From an uncultured Candidatus Saccharibacteria bacterium (lineage in GTDB: Bacteria > Patescibacteriota > Minisyncoccia > Phycocordibacterales > UBA918): a DNA stretch of 64,000 nt. The DNA lies in assembly GCA_964638425.1 (NCBI GenBank), contig CAZWYM010000003.1, positions 16,289 to 80,288 on the forward strand, in the 5' to 3' direction. A model generated the notes under the pieces. It saw only the letters and a list, made by a program, of their open reading frames with translations. It did no database searches and was not told the origin of the DNA. The position numbers and the translations under genes were made by a program. Shown here in pieces: positions 1 to 10,279 of the stretch (positions are counted from its first letter, which is position 1; every line of letters starts with the position of its first letter).

Positions 1-840
1 CGTGAAGGAAAGTATGTAACTACACGACAAATCCGTGAACGACTTGAAAAGGAACTTGAAGTAAACGTAGGACTCAAAGTTGATTTTGATAACGGAGATT
101 CATGTAAGGTATATGGTCGTGGTGAAATGCACATTTCAATTCTTCTAGAAAACATGCGCCGTGAAGGGTATGAACTTCAGGTGTCACAGCCACAAGCAAT
201 TATCGAGGAACGACCAGATGGAAAGTATGAGCCATATGAAGAAGTAACTGTAGACATTCCAAGTGAATTCCAAGGAGCAGTAATTGAACGTCTTGGACGA
301 CGAGCATTCATCATGACTGATATGATCACTCACGGAAACCAAGTTCGACTCCTTTTTGAGGGTCCAACTCGTGGACTTCTTGGCTACAAAGGTCAATTCA
401 TCATTGATACACGTGGAGAAGGTATTCTTTGTTCACGCGTACTTGGATTTAAGAACTACGCAGGTGAAATCAAGAAGCGACAGGCTGGCTCAATGGTATC
501 TATGGCAGCAGGAAAGGCACTTGGTTTCTCTCTTTGGAACCTACAAGACAGAGGTCAGCTATACATTGGCCCAGGTGTAGAGGTGTATGAGGGAATGGTA
601 ATTGGAAACACTTCGAAGGGTGAAGAAATGCTCGTTAACCCAACTAAGGGAAAACAGCTTTCAAACGTTCGTTCATCAGGAACAGACGAAGCCCTTACAC
701 TCACACCACACCGACCACTCTCAATTGAAATTGGACTCGAAATCATGGGAGAAGATGAATACCTCGAAGTAACTCCAGAATCTACACGACTCCGAAAGCA
801 AGTACTCAAGGAAACAGACAGAGCGAAGTCAAAACGGTAA
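1..840 (+). CDS. typA: GTP-binding protein TypA/BipA, C-terminal part (5' truncated by window edge)
   Basis: The reading frame is open from nt 1. The translation (REGKYVTTRQIRERLEKELEVNVGLKVDFDNGD...MHISILLENMRREGYELQVSQP...) matches the BipA C-terminal domains. The ORF call begins at the internal Met 127. Confidence 0.85.
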   Translation, partial: REGKYVTTRQIRERLEKELEVNVGLKVDFDNGDSCKVYGRGEMHISILLENMRREGYELQVSQPQAIIEERPDGKYEPYEEVTVDIPSEFQGAVIERLGRRAFIMTDMITHGNQVRLLFEGPTRGLLGYKGQFIIDTRGEGILCSRVLGFKNYAGEIKKRQAGSMVSMAAGKALGFSLWNLQDRGQLYIGPGVEVYEGMVIGNTSKGEEMLVNPTKGKQLSNVRSSGTDEALTLTPHRPLSIEIGLEIMGEDEYLEVTPESTRLRKQVLKETDRAKSKR

Positions 841-877
841 CATTTTGCAACTAATTGAGAAGTGATATACTTGCGCA

Positions 878-1261
878 ATGAAATCATATTACGCCTATAT
901 ATTGCTTGTAGTGGTCATTATTGGTGGTCTCATACTTTTGAGAAATACATCGTCAACGGAGAGCGCAACCAAAACGTCTCCTTACGATGCTTTTGCTGAA
1001 TGTATATCAAACGCTGGTGCTACCTTCTATGGTGCATATTGGTGTCCTCACTGTCAGGCACAAAAGAAGCTATTCCAAAATTCAAAGAAACTGCCATACG
1101 TTGAGTGTTCTACTCCAAATGGCCAGGGACAAACACAGCAATGTATCGACGCAGAGATAACCGGTTATCCAACATGGGTATTCAAAGACGGAAGCCGAGA
1201 AGATGGTGAATTGAGCTTCGAAAAGCTTGCTGAGAAGACAAGTTGTCCAATGCCACAATAA
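878..1261 (+). CDS. thioredoxin-fold protein with WCPHC active site, N-terminal membrane anchor
   Basis: A CxxC (WCPHC) motif lies in a ~110 aa soluble domain after one N-terminal TM helix. The gene sits directly upstream of a DsbB-like gene with a 1-nt overlap. Confidence 0.6.
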   Translation: MKSYYAYILLVVVIIGGLILLRNTSSTESATKTSPYDAFAECISNAGATFYGAYWCPHCQAQKKLFQNSKKLPYVECSTPNGQGQTQQCIDAEITGYPTWVFKDGSREDGELSFEKLAEKTSCPMPQ

Positions 1262-1785
1262 TGATTGAAACGATTGAAAGTATAAACTGGGCACTTTCAT
1301 TCATGGGCATCACCTGTGCTCTTTTTGTGATATTTCTCATCTATGACATGTCACACGCCCAAAGACTCAAGTCACTGATAGCTCGATTTGGAATGCGTCT
1401 TGCGTTCATTAGTATTATTGCCTCATCAGCAATGACGCTTATATACTCTGAGATATTTGGAATCATTCCTTGTGGGCTTTGTTGGTTTGAGCGAGTGGCA
1501 CTCTATCCGCAAGCTCTTCTTTTTGGAATGGCAATGTATTACAAAGATACACGCATGCCTCGATATGGAATAGGACTTTCGATTGGAGGACTTATCGTTT
1601 CTTTGTATCACCACTACATCCAAATGGGTGGAAGTGAGTTCATTAAATGCCCCGCAGCAGGAGCTGATTGCGCAAAGCGTTTTCTCTTTGAATTTGGTTT
1701 TATGACGTTCCCACTCTTATCTGCAATTCTTTTTTCATTTTTAATTGTTCTGTACGTATATCTTTTGAAAACAGATCGGAACTAG
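1261..1785 (+). CDS. DsbB/BdbC-family disulfide bond formation protein
   Basis: A polytopic membrane protein with the PCGLCWFER motif typical of DsbB/BdbC, plus a second Cys pair (CPAAGADC). The start was chosen at the ATG overlapping the upstream stop (TAATG). Confidence 0.6.
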   Translation: MIETIESINWALSFMGITCALFVIFLIYDMSHAQRLKSLIARFGMRLAFISIIASSAMTLIYSEIFGIIPCGLCWFERVALYPQALLFGMAMYYKDTRMPRYGIGLSIGGLIVSLYHHYIQMGGSEFIKCPAAGADCAKRFLFEFGFMTFPLLSAILFSFLIVLYVYLLKTDRN

Positions 1786-2051
1786 CTTAGATCATCGGGT
1801 GAATTGAGTTTTTGAACTGGACTTACAACATTTGGGTTCCATTCGGCTTTGATTTCGCCGTGTGTCTTCTCGTACCTTGCAACTTCATGTGCAATATGCT
1901 GACTGAAACGCTTCACAAGCTCAGGGGTAAGTGCGTAGACAGTCGCCTGACTCCCTGAGGTAACGCCAACGACAAAGAATTCAGGGCTAAATGCGAGAGT
2001 GATGTTTTCACAAAAGAGTTTTGGTGCTTTTTGCAGATCTTCTGAATTCAT
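1782..2051 (-). CDS. small conserved hypothetical protein (DUF3467-like)
   Basis: An 89 aa ORF. The pattern ITLAFSPEFFVV...ARYEKTHGEI resembles the DUF3467 family. The identification is from memory only. Confidence 0.35.
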   Translation of the reverse strand: MNSEDLQKAPKLFCENITLAFSPEFFVVGVTSGSQATVYALTPELVKRFSQHIAHEVARYEKTHGEIKAEWNPNVVSPVQKLNSPDDLS

Positions 2052-2216
2052 ATTGTATATAGTTACTATGTAATAGGTACTAGTATATCAGGGAATGTAT
2101 CCTTTGACTTTTTCAGGAAAAAGGGCAGTATTTAGTTATATCGCTCATCTCTATGTGAGGGTATTGTTGGTATTACAAATGTCTTTATTAGAAGATAGCT
2201 AAACACACATATCTCT

Positions 2217-3140
2217 ATGGAAAACACAGCAAAGAACTTCGCTCTGCAACTCGGTTCACTCGTTACGCTTTACGTTTCTATCGTTGCACTTACTATGCTC
2301 CTCTTCGGAATTATTACTGTTCGCTATCCAGATGTGACACAAGGTTACTACGAATACGAAAATGCATCATCAAGCATCCGTTTCGGAATTGCGTTGCTCA
2401 TCGTCTTTTTCCCTGCATACCTTGCACTCACTCGAATGGTAAATGTCGTACGAAGACGTGAACACGGAATCTATCTCGGACTCACGAAGTGGCTTATCTA
2501 CCTCTCACTCATTATTGGTGGAGCGACTATTCTCGGCGACCTCGTAGCAGTTGTGCTCGGATTCCTCAATGGAGAACTCACTATTCGATTTGGACTCAAA
2601 GCACTCTCACTCTTGCTCGTTGTTGGTTCAGGATTTTTCTACTATGTTCTCGACGCAAAAGGGTACTGGCAAGATAATGAGAAAAAATCTATTCAATACG
2701 CGGTAGTAGTTACGCTTGTAGTTATTGCTTCTCTCGCAACAGGCTTTAAGAATACAGAAACCCCAGCTCAAGTGCGTGAAATGAATACCGATGCTGCACA
2801 AATTCAGGATCTTGGTGTTATTCAATCGCAAATTGAGTCGTATTATGCAACTAAGTCATCCCTTCCAGCATCGCTCAGTGATGCATTTGGTACACTCACG
2901 CAGACCACTGCACCTGAAGGACGTTCTGCGTACACCTATGAAGTGGTGAGCGATACCTCATTTAAACTCTGTGCAGAATTTGCTTACGAATCAAGCAAGG
3001 CAGAACAAATGCAGTACTCACAGCCATTTGGCATTGATGGAGCATACATCAAGGATGGTTTTAACTGGACACACGGCAAGGGAGACTGGTGCTTCACCCG
3101 AGTACTCAACACAGAGATTACCAACATTCAAAAAATCTAA
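2217..3140 (+). CDS. hypothetical integral membrane protein with C-terminal extracytoplasmic domain
   Basis: A 307 aa ORF with 4-5 predicted TM helices in the N-terminal half. The C-terminal ~120 aa are soluble and contain Cys residues. There is no recognisable catalytic motif. Confidence 0.4.
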   Translation: MENTAKNFALQLGSLVTLYVSIVALTMLLFGIITVRYPDVTQGYYEYENASSSIRFGIALLIVFFPAYLALTRMVNVVRRREHGIYLGLTKWLIYLSLIIGGATILGDLVAVVLGFLNGELTIRFGLKALSLLLVVGSGFFYYVLDAKGYWQDNEKKSIQYAVVVTLVVIASLATGFKNTETPAQVREMNTDAAQIQDLGVIQSQIESYYATKSSLPASLSDAFGTLTQTTAPEGRSAYTYEVVSDTSFKLCAEFAYESSKAEQMQYSQPFGIDGAYIKDGFNWTHGKGDWCFTRVLNTEITNIQKI

Positions 3141-3187
3141 AGACGCGAATACAGTAAGACGTACGATACGTATAGAGTTATATTGTC

Positions 3188-5626
3188 ATGCATAAGAAAT
3201 TCAACCACACAGAAATTGAAAAAAAATGGCAAGAGCTGTGGAAAGAAAGTGGTATTTACAATGTCGGTAACCGAGACACACAAAAGGAAAAGGAGTTTGT
3301 CCTTGTTGAATGGCCGTATCCCTCTGGGAACCTTCATGTCGGGCACTGGTTTGCTTTTGGGGTAGTCGACATGTACGTTCGTGCACGTCGAATGCAAGGG
3401 AAGCAGGTACTCTTTCCTATTGGTTTTGATGCATTTGGACTTCCTGCTGAAAATGCAGCAATGAAACATGGTCTCGACCCAAAATCATGGACAGAAAAGA
3501 ACATTTCCTACATGAAGACCCAGCTCGAAAGCATGGGAAATGCATTTTCGTGGGATAAGACAACAAGCTCTACTGATCCAGAATATTATGCATGGACTCA
3601 GTGGATGTTTACAGAGTTTTTTAAGAACGATATCGCGTATCGAGGTGTTGGTGTTGTTAATTGGTGCCCTGGATGTAATACCGTAATAGCCAACGAGCAA
3701 GTTCTATCAGACGGAACCTGTGAACGTTCAGGTGATGCTATTGAAAAGAAGCAGATGCCACAGTGGATGCTTCGCATTACCAAATACGCAGACCGACTTA
3801 TCGATGACCTTGAAGGACTTGATTGGCATGAGCACATCAAAGAAGCACAACGTCAGTGGATTGGTCGTTCAAGCGGAGCGCAACTCTCATTCTCACTGTC
3901 GAATGGAGATGCTATTGATGTCTTTACCACACGCCCCGACACGCTCTATGGAGTAACATATCTCGTTCTAGCACCAGAACACCCGAGTATTGCAGAAATG
4001 CTTATTCATGAGAACTCACCATTAACCAATGGCGCTGAGGTACAGGAATATATAAAAATTGCAAGGGAAAAGTCGGATATCGAAAGAACTAACGCAACCA
4101 AGGAAAAAACCGGAGTGAAACTCGAGGGAATACACGCAATTAACGGAGCAACCAATGAAGAAATACCTGTATATATAGCAGATTATGTTCTCGCTGGTTA
4201 CGGTACTGGAGCTATCATGGCTGTACCCGCTCATGATGAGCGTGATTTTGCCTTTGCAAAGAAGTACGGTATTGAAATAAGAAGTGTCATTAACCAGAGC
4301 TTCGGAAGTACTGGAGTCTACGAAGACTTTGAGAATGTTTTGCCATATTCAAAGCAAGAAGGTGTACTTGAGAATTCAGGTGAGTTCAATGGAATGAGTA
4401 TTTCTGAAGCAGGGATTGCTATCACGCAAAAGGTGGGCGGAAAGATGACAAATACCTATCGTCTCCGAGATTGGTCAATCGGGAGGCAGAGATACTGGGG
4501 TGTGCCAATACCAATCGTGTATGACCCGGAAGGAAACGCGCATCCTATTCCAAAGGAACATCTCCCGTGGCACCTTCCAACAGATGTTGATTTCAAGCCA
4601 ACAGGCACTCCGCCACTCGCAAAGAGCCACGAGCTCAAGGATAGGGTAGAGGCTATCTTTGGTAAGGGATGGACTCCAGAAGTTGAAACGATGGATACGT
4701 TTGTTGATTCATCATGGTATTTTTTGCGTTACATAGATGGAGTAAACACGAAGTCATTCTCATCGAGAGAAGCACAAGACGCATGGATGCCGATTGATAT
4801 ATATTTTGGAGGATCCGAACACACCACAATGCACCTTCTCTACTCACGATTCTGGCAAAAGGCTCTTTTTGACCTTGGACTTGTTTCTGTTTCTGAACCA
4901 TACAAGAAGCGAGTGAATAGAGCGCTTGTGCTTGGAACAGATGGAAACAAAATGAGTAAATCAAAGGGAAACGTTATAGACCCTGATGAACAAGTGCGTC
5001 ACCTTGGCGCAGACACTGTAAGAATGTACCTTGCGTTTATGGGTCCCTATGACGAAGCAACGAGTTACCCGTGGGATATAGGAGGTATTGCGGGAATTAG
5101 GAGGTTCCTCGAACGTGTGTACGGGCTCGGTGAGCATATTCGTGATACTGAATCAGAAGAAACAGCAAGACTTCTCCATAAGACCATTGCAAAAGTCACT
5201 AAAGATATTTCTTCGTACAAGTTTAATACTTCCATTAGTGCTCTCATGATATTTATTAATCATGCAGAAAAGGAAGGACTTACCAAGGATAGCTATGAAA
5301 CGTTCCTTAAACTCCTTGCGCCATTTGCGCCACACCTTACTGAAGAACTCTGGCAAGCAGGGAAGATGAGTGGTGTGTCTATTCACACATCACCATGGCC
5401 AGAAGCTTCAGCTGAACTCATGAATGAGGATTCTGTTAAAATCGGAGTTCAAATTGATGGGAAGATGCGCGGCACGGTTACCGTTCCTTTTGACGCTCCT
5501 GAAGACGTTGTAGTCGAAATGGTGAAGGGAGATGCAGTGCTTGGAAGCAAGCTCCCTACTGAGGATTTTCGCGTCATTTTTATCAAAAATAAGATCATCA
5601 ACTTCGCCAGAACAGCAAAGGGGTAG
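3188..5626 (+). CDS. leuS: leucyl-tRNA synthetase
   Basis: An 812 aa ORF with a HIGH-like motif (PYPSGNLHVGHWFAF), a KMSKS motif (KMSKSKGN) and class I LeuS-wide similarity. Confidence 0.95.
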   Translation: MHKKFNHTEIEKKWQELWKESGIYNVGNRDTQKEKEFVLVEWPYPSGNLHVGHWFAFGVVDMYVRARRMQGKQVLFPIGFDAFGLPAENAAMKHGLDPKSWTEKNISYMKTQLESMGNAFSWDKTTSSTDPEYYAWTQWMFTEFFKNDIAYRGVGVVNWCPGCNTVIANEQVLSDGTCERSGDAIEKKQMPQWMLRITKYADRLIDDLEGLDWHEHIKEAQRQWIGRSSGAQLSFSLSNGDAIDVFTTRPDTLYGVTYLVLAPEHPSIAEMLIHENSPLTNGAEVQEYIKIAREKSDIERTNATKEKTGVKLEGIHAINGATNEEIPVYIADYVLAGYGTGAIMAVPAHDERDFAFAKKYGIEIRSVINQSFGSTGVYEDFENVLPYSKQEGVLENSGEFNGMSISEAGIAITQKVGGKMTNTYRLRDWSIGRQRYWGVPIPIVYDPEGNAHPIPKEHLPWHLPTDVDFKPTGTPPLAKSHELKDRVEAIFGKGWTPEVETMDTFVDSSWYFLRYIDGVNTKSFSSREAQDAWMPIDIYFGGSEHTTMHLLYSRFWQKALFDLGLVSVSEPYKKRVNRALVLGTDGNKMSKSKGNVIDPDEQVRHLGADTVRMYLAFMGPYDEATSYPWDIGGIAGIRRFLERVYGLGEHIRDTESEETARLLHKTIAKVTKDISSYKFNTSISALMIFINHAEKEGLTKDSYETFLKLLAPFAPHLTEELWQAGKMSGVSIHTSPWPEASAELMNEDSVKIGVQIDGKMRGTVTVPFDAPEDVVVEMVKGDAVLGSKLPTEDFRVIFIKNKIINFARTAKG

Positions 5627-5698
5627 GGTACTTGACTCGGGTGTATTATCGTGATAAAAATAAGACCACACATTTTTGAGGAGACAAACCAACATAAT

Positions 5699-6724
5699 AT
5701 GATTACATTTAAACCAAAGCAAGTAACAAAAAAGCTACTTTCTGTGCTTCCTGATAGAGCTCGGGACGTTCTCACAAAGCGGTATGGACTCGACGCAACC
5801 GCTGAGACATCTACCCTTGAATCTATTGGTCAAACATACGGGATTACCCGTGAGCGTGTCCGTCAGATTGAAAACTACGGTATTCAGTCTGTTCAGAAGT
5901 CTGAGGCATACAAGGAGTTTCAAGACGTCTTTGATGAACTTCAAACGGCACTCGATGCGCTTGGTGGTGTGCTCAATGAACATGATCTCCTCGATGAACT
6001 TGCAAAGGATTCTTCACTCCGAAATCATATTTACTTCCTCCTCGTAATCGGTGACCCATTCAAGCGAGTGAAGGAAGATAACTCATTCTCACATCGTTGG
6101 TACATCGAAAAGAAGATTTCTGATAACGTAGAAAAAGCACTCAAAAATATATTTGAATCATTACAAGAAGATGACCTCGTTTCTGAAGATGAGATTCTCG
6201 CACGTTTAAAAAGTGAACTCGGCGAACTCGAAGAGCGATACCGTGATGAAAAAATCCTAAAACGATGGCTCTCAATTTCAAAGCAAATTGATAAAAACCC
6301 ACTCGGGGAATGGGGTCATGCTCAAAGTCCAAATGTACGTGCAAAGGGAATTCGAGATTACGCATACCTCGCAGTAAAGCGACATGGTTCACCGATGCAC
6401 TTCAAGGAAGTAGCAGAGGCTATCAAGTCACTCTTCGGAAAGAAAGCGCACATTGCAACTACTCATAACGAGCTCATTAAGGATCGACGATTTGTACTCG
6501 TTGGACGAGGACTCTACGCGCTATCTGAATGGGGATACTCAGCAGGAGTAGTGAAGGATGTGCTCCGCGATATTCTTACAACACACGGTCCACTAACGCG
6601 AGACGAAATCATCGACAAGGTGCGCAAAGAACGATACGTAAAGGACAACACTATCATCGTAAACCTACAAGACACCGTACTTTTCAAAAGACTTCCAGAT
6701 GGAAACTACATGCTCGTAGAATAA
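5699..6724 (+). CDS. sigma-70 region 4-like HTH protein with C-terminal HARE-HTH domain
   Basis: N-terminal LPDRARDVLTKRYGL...TLESIGQTYGITRERVRQIE matches sigma70 region 4. The C-terminal MHFKEVAEAIKSLFGKK...LVGRGLYALSEWGY matches HARE-HTH (RpoE-delta-like). The start was placed at ATG 5699, preceded by GAGGAG and a TTGACT-17-TAAAAA promoter-like sequence. The ORF caller used GTG 5651. Confidence 0.6.
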   Translation: MITFKPKQVTKKLLSVLPDRARDVLTKRYGLDATAETSTLESIGQTYGITRERVRQIENYGIQSVQKSEAYKEFQDVFDELQTALDALGGVLNEHDLLDELAKDSSLRNHIYFLLVIGDPFKRVKEDNSFSHRWYIEKKISDNVEKALKNIFESLQEDDLVSEDEILARLKSELGELEERYRDEKILKRWLSISKQIDKNPLGEWGHAQSPNVRAKGIRDYAYLAVKRHGSPMHFKEVAEAIKSLFGKKAHIATTHNELIKDRRFVLVGRGLYALSEWGYSAGVVKDVLRDILTTHGPLTRDEIIDKVRKERYVKDNTIIVNLQDTVLFKRLPDGNYMLVE

Positions 6725-6750
6725 TTCCAACATTTAGTTTTATATAACAA

Positions 6751-6780
6751 AAGCCTCAACATTTGTTGAGGCTTTTGTTA
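6751..6780 (+). terminator. rho-independent terminator
   Basis: AAAGCCTCAAC-attt-GTTGAGGCTTTTGTT lies immediately after the stop of the 5699..6724 gene. Confidence 0.6.
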
Positions 6781-6829
6781 TTCATCACTCGAATAAAACC
6801 TAATCCAAATATGTTGTACAATATGAGGC

Positions 6830-8173
6830 ATGATTGGCTTACTAGAAGCACCCGTAGGATTCCTCGAAAAATTCGGAGCAAATGTAACCTGGCTACTTGT
6901 TGTCATTGGGCTGGGCATGGCATGGTTTGCTTTTTCACTTTTTGATTTTGAGTCAAACAAGATGTTTGGCTACATGGCAGCGACCGCACCACTTTGGTTG
7001 CCATTTCTCACGTTCTTTTTGTTTTTTAATGCGTGGATACATTATGTGCATAAGGACTACGACATTAAGCAGGGGAGAGTGACTCTCGAAATAAAGCTCC
7101 CACAAGATGTTTTTAAATCTCCTGAAGCTATGGAGCTTGTTCTCATTCAACTCCACCAAACAGCTTCACCAGACAACCATATCCAAACATACGTCGATGG
7201 AAAGAAACCTCCTACTTACGGGCTTGAACTCGTATCGAGAGGTGGAGATGTACGTTTCTATATGAATGTACCTCGAAAGAAATTTAAGAATATAGCTGAA
7301 ACACAGCTCTACGCTCAATACCCAGGAATTGAGGTAGTTGAACTCGATACTGATTACACCGCTGAAATCCCCTGGAACCCCGATAAGTTTTCATATTTCT
7401 CAATTCACTTTGGTCCTAAGAAAGCTGACGCATACCCAATAAAGACCTACCTTGATTACAACCTTCAAACCATGCCCAAGGAAGAGGAGAAGATTGATCC
7501 TATTTCAGGCATGCTCGAAATGCTCGGAAGTATTGGCCCAGACGAACACATGTGGGTTCAAATACTCATTAATGCACACCGTGAGGTTACCTTTAAGGAG
7601 GGGTCACTCACATTCCAGCATGACTGGAAGGATGCAGCGCGTGATGAAATAAAGAAGATTATCGCAGACGCAAACAAGCGTATTGGCATCGATGGTACAA
7701 AAGAAGGCCAGTCACTGAGCATGATGAGTCTTAGTGATGGTGAAAAAGATGCGATTAAGTCTATTGAACGAAGTCTGGGTAAAAATGCTTTTAATACAGC
7801 CATTCGCGGTATGTACATAGCGAAAAATGAAATGTTCATGCCTGGAGAGCGCATTGGTGCACTCGTTACTGGATGGCGCGGATTCGATGACCTAAACAGA
7901 AATTCAATCGGCGTACGTTGGCGAACGGACTTTAACTGGAACTGGTGGCAAGACCCGAGCGGAAAGCTCAAAAATCTGATGAAGCAACAAGAGCTTTACG
8001 AATATAAGATACGCGATTATACAGTGTATAGTGGCGCAGACGTATGGAAGGTTATGACTACAGAAGAACTCGCGACCATGTTCCATCTCCCAGGAAAGGT
8101 TGCAACAACTCCGTCACTCAATAGAATCCCATCAAAGCGAGCAGAACCGCCGGCAAACCTACCGACAAGCTAG
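6830..8173 (+). CDS. hypothetical membrane-anchored protein (447 aa)
   Basis: A long ORF with two N-terminal TM helices followed by a large soluble domain. No known motif was recognised. Confidence 0.4.
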   Translation: MIGLLEAPVGFLEKFGANVTWLLVVIGLGMAWFAFSLFDFESNKMFGYMAATAPLWLPFLTFFLFFNAWIHYVHKDYDIKQGRVTLEIKLPQDVFKSPEAMELVLIQLHQTASPDNHIQTYVDGKKPPTYGLELVSRGGDVRFYMNVPRKKFKNIAETQLYAQYPGIEVVELDTDYTAEIPWNPDKFSYFSIHFGPKKADAYPIKTYLDYNLQTMPKEEEKIDPISGMLEMLGSIGPDEHMWVQILINAHREVTFKEGSLTFQHDWKDAARDEIKKIIADANKRIGIDGTKEGQSLSMMSLSDGEKDAIKSIERSLGKNAFNTAIRGMYIAKNEMFMPGERIGALVTGWRGFDDLNRNSIGVRWRTDFNWNWWQDPSGKLKNLMKQQELYEYKIRDYTVYSGADVWKVMTTEELATMFHLPGKVATTPSLNRIPSKRAEPPANLPTS

Positions 8174-8177
8174 ACTT

Positions 8178-9164
8178 ATGCCAGTCAATGAGACAACCCA
8201 ACAAAACGAGCACACCGGAAAGGCACTATTTTATACGTGTGCTTTATTTGTAATTACAATTCTGATACTCCTTGCCTCAAAATACTTTCTCACATTCCTG
8301 AATACACCGACTAATAATTTTCCAATAGAGCAAAGTATCACTATCGAGGAAGGTCTTACTCAAAGCGAAATTACCGCACTCCTCGAAGAAAGTAATGTAA
8401 TTCGCTCATCACAGTATCTGTATGTTGTTCTTCTCACCCAGTTCGAAAACTCATTTGTTCAAGCAGGTACATACCGATTTGAAAGTCCACTGACCACAGA
8501 AGAAATTGCCGGAGCAATAACCTCAGGTACACATCAATCTCCACTCACAAAAATCACTCTTCCAGAAGGTTTTCAGATAAAAGATATACATCAGTATCTT
8601 CCAGAGCGATTTGCTACCACCTCATTTGCTGGCGTCGAAAAGTACGAAGGATACCTTTTCCCTGATACCTATCATATTAAAGAGACAATGAGCCCAGATG
8701 AAATTATTTCACTCTTGCGTGAAACATTTGATGAGAAAACTGCTCAGTACAAAGACGAGATTGAAACATCAGGATTTGAGCTCGATGAGGTGATTATCCT
8801 TGCTTCAATCTTGGAACGTGAAGCAAAGGATGTTGAATCAAAGCGGATAGTCTCAGGTATTCTCCAAAATAGACTTCGCATTGGGATGCCACTCCAAGTC
8901 GATGCAGCATTTGATTATGTTTTAGATAAACCAAGCTCGGAATTGACTGAGTCAGACCTTCTCATAGACTCACCCTATAACACATACACGCACAGAGGAT
9001 TACCCCCAACACCGATAGCGAACCCAGGCATAGAGTCTATAGAAGCAGTTCTCAATCCAACAGCAACCAAGAATTTGTACTACCTCACGGGTGACGATGG
9101 TACGTTCCATTACGCAAAATCATTCGACGAACACAAACTCAATAAGCAAAAATATATTCAATAG
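8178..9164 (+). CDS. mltG: endolytic murein transglycosylase MltG (YceG-like)
   Basis: A single N-terminal TM helix followed by a YceG-like domain (…LFPDTYHIKETMSPDEIISLL…ASILEREA…LQVDAAFDYVL…). The start was moved to internal ATG 8178 to avoid a 74-nt overlap with the upstream gene. Confidence 0.8.
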   Translation: MPVNETTQQNEHTGKALFYTCALFVITILILLASKYFLTFLNTPTNNFPIEQSITIEEGLTQSEITALLEESNVIRSSQYLYVVLLTQFENSFVQAGTYRFESPLTTEEIAGAITSGTHQSPLTKITLPEGFQIKDIHQYLPERFATTSFAGVEKYEGYLFPDTYHIKETMSPDEIISLLRETFDEKTAQYKDEIETSGFELDEVIILASILEREAKDVESKRIVSGILQNRLRIGMPLQVDAAFDYVLDKPSSELTESDLLIDSPYNTYTHRGLPPTPIANPGIESIEAVLNPTATKNLYYLTGDDGTFHYAKSFDEHKLNKQKYIQ

Positions 9165-9196
9165 TATTTTAATAGCGAATATGATACGTTTGCACA

Positions 9197-10279
9197 ATGC
9201 AGAGTGAACTAAAACCTAAAAAAGAGACTGTGTGCGTAGGGCTTTCCGGAGGAGTTGATTCGAGTGTTTCTGCACAACGGCTCATAGACCAAGGATACAA
9301 CGTTATCGGTGTATTTATTAAGACATGGCACCCCGATTTCCTTATTTGTGACTGGGAAGCAGAGCGTCTTGATGCGATGCGTGTTGCAGCTAAACTCGGC
9401 ATACCATTTTATACGTGTGATGCTACGGACGCATACAAAAATGAAGTAGCAGACTACATGATTGAGGAGTACAAAAACGGGAGAACCCCTAACCCTGATG
9501 TTATGTGTAACCGTTTTGTGAAGTTCGGGGCATTCCTGAAGTTTGCACGAGAATTAGGGGCTGATAAAGTGGCAACGGGGCACTATGCTCAAGTTCATAA
9601 CGTAGAGGGCATATTTCGTCTTGAGCGAGGTACTGATTCGGCGAAAGACCAATCATATTTTTTGTGGACGCTTACTCAGGAGCAACTTGCACAAATATAC
9701 CTCCCCGTAGGCGACACAACGAAACAAGATATACGAACTGAAGCAAAATCGGGAGAACTTCCCACATTTGCTAAACATGATAGTCAGGGTATCTGTTTTT
9801 TGGGTCAGATTGATATCAAGGAGTTCCTGTCACATTACATCACCGTAGCAACGGGTGATGTCCTCAATGTAAATGGAGAGATTGTCGGTACACATGATGG
9901 AGCACTTTTCTATACCATAGGACAACGACACGGCTTTTTACTTAAAGCTGTCGGAACCGAAAGTGCTCCACAATATGTCGTTGCTAAGGATATTGAGAAA
10001 AATACCATTACTGTTTCTCCTCACCAAAAAGTACTCGGCAAAGCCGTGATAATTTTGTCGCAGGTTAATCTCATTGAAGGAACATTGCCAGCTACCTGCG
10101 AAGCGCAATTTAGATACCGGCAAAAGCCATTCACGGTTAACTGCAGTCAAGACAGGGAAGGGCGTGTTATGCTACACGTATTAGAAGAATCAACAGAATC
10201 ACCCTCATGCGGGCAATCATGCGTTCTCTATAATGGGAAAATATGTTTGGGAGGTGGGATTATAAATGACATTGTATGA
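9197..10279 (+). CDS. mnmA: tRNA-specific 2-thiouridylase MnmA
   Basis: A PP-loop (VGLSGGVDSSV), catalytic Cys residues and full-length MnmA similarity. Confidence 0.9.
   Translation: MQSELKPKKETVCVGLSGGVDSSVSAQRLIDQGYNVIGVFIKTWHPDFLICDWEAERLDAMRVAAKLGIPFYTCDATDAYKNEVADYMIEEYKNGRTPNPDVMCNRFVKFGAFLKFARELGADKVATGHYAQVHNVEGIFRLERGTDSAKDQSYFLWTLTQEQLAQIYLPVGDTTKQDIRTEAKSGELPTFAKHDSQGICFLGQIDIKEFLSHYITVATGDVLNVNGEIVGTHDGALFYTIGQRHGFLLKAVGTESAPQYVVAKDIEKNTITVSPHQKVLGKAVIILSQVNLIEGTLPATCEAQFRYRQKPFTVNCSQDREGRVMLHVLEESTESPSCGQSCVLYNGKICLGGGIINDIV

Noticed and set aside
8100-8177. ORF-track start of mltG at 8100
   Set aside because: It would overlap the upstream 447-aa gene by 74 nt. Internal Met 8178 directly precedes the TM helix expected for MltG.
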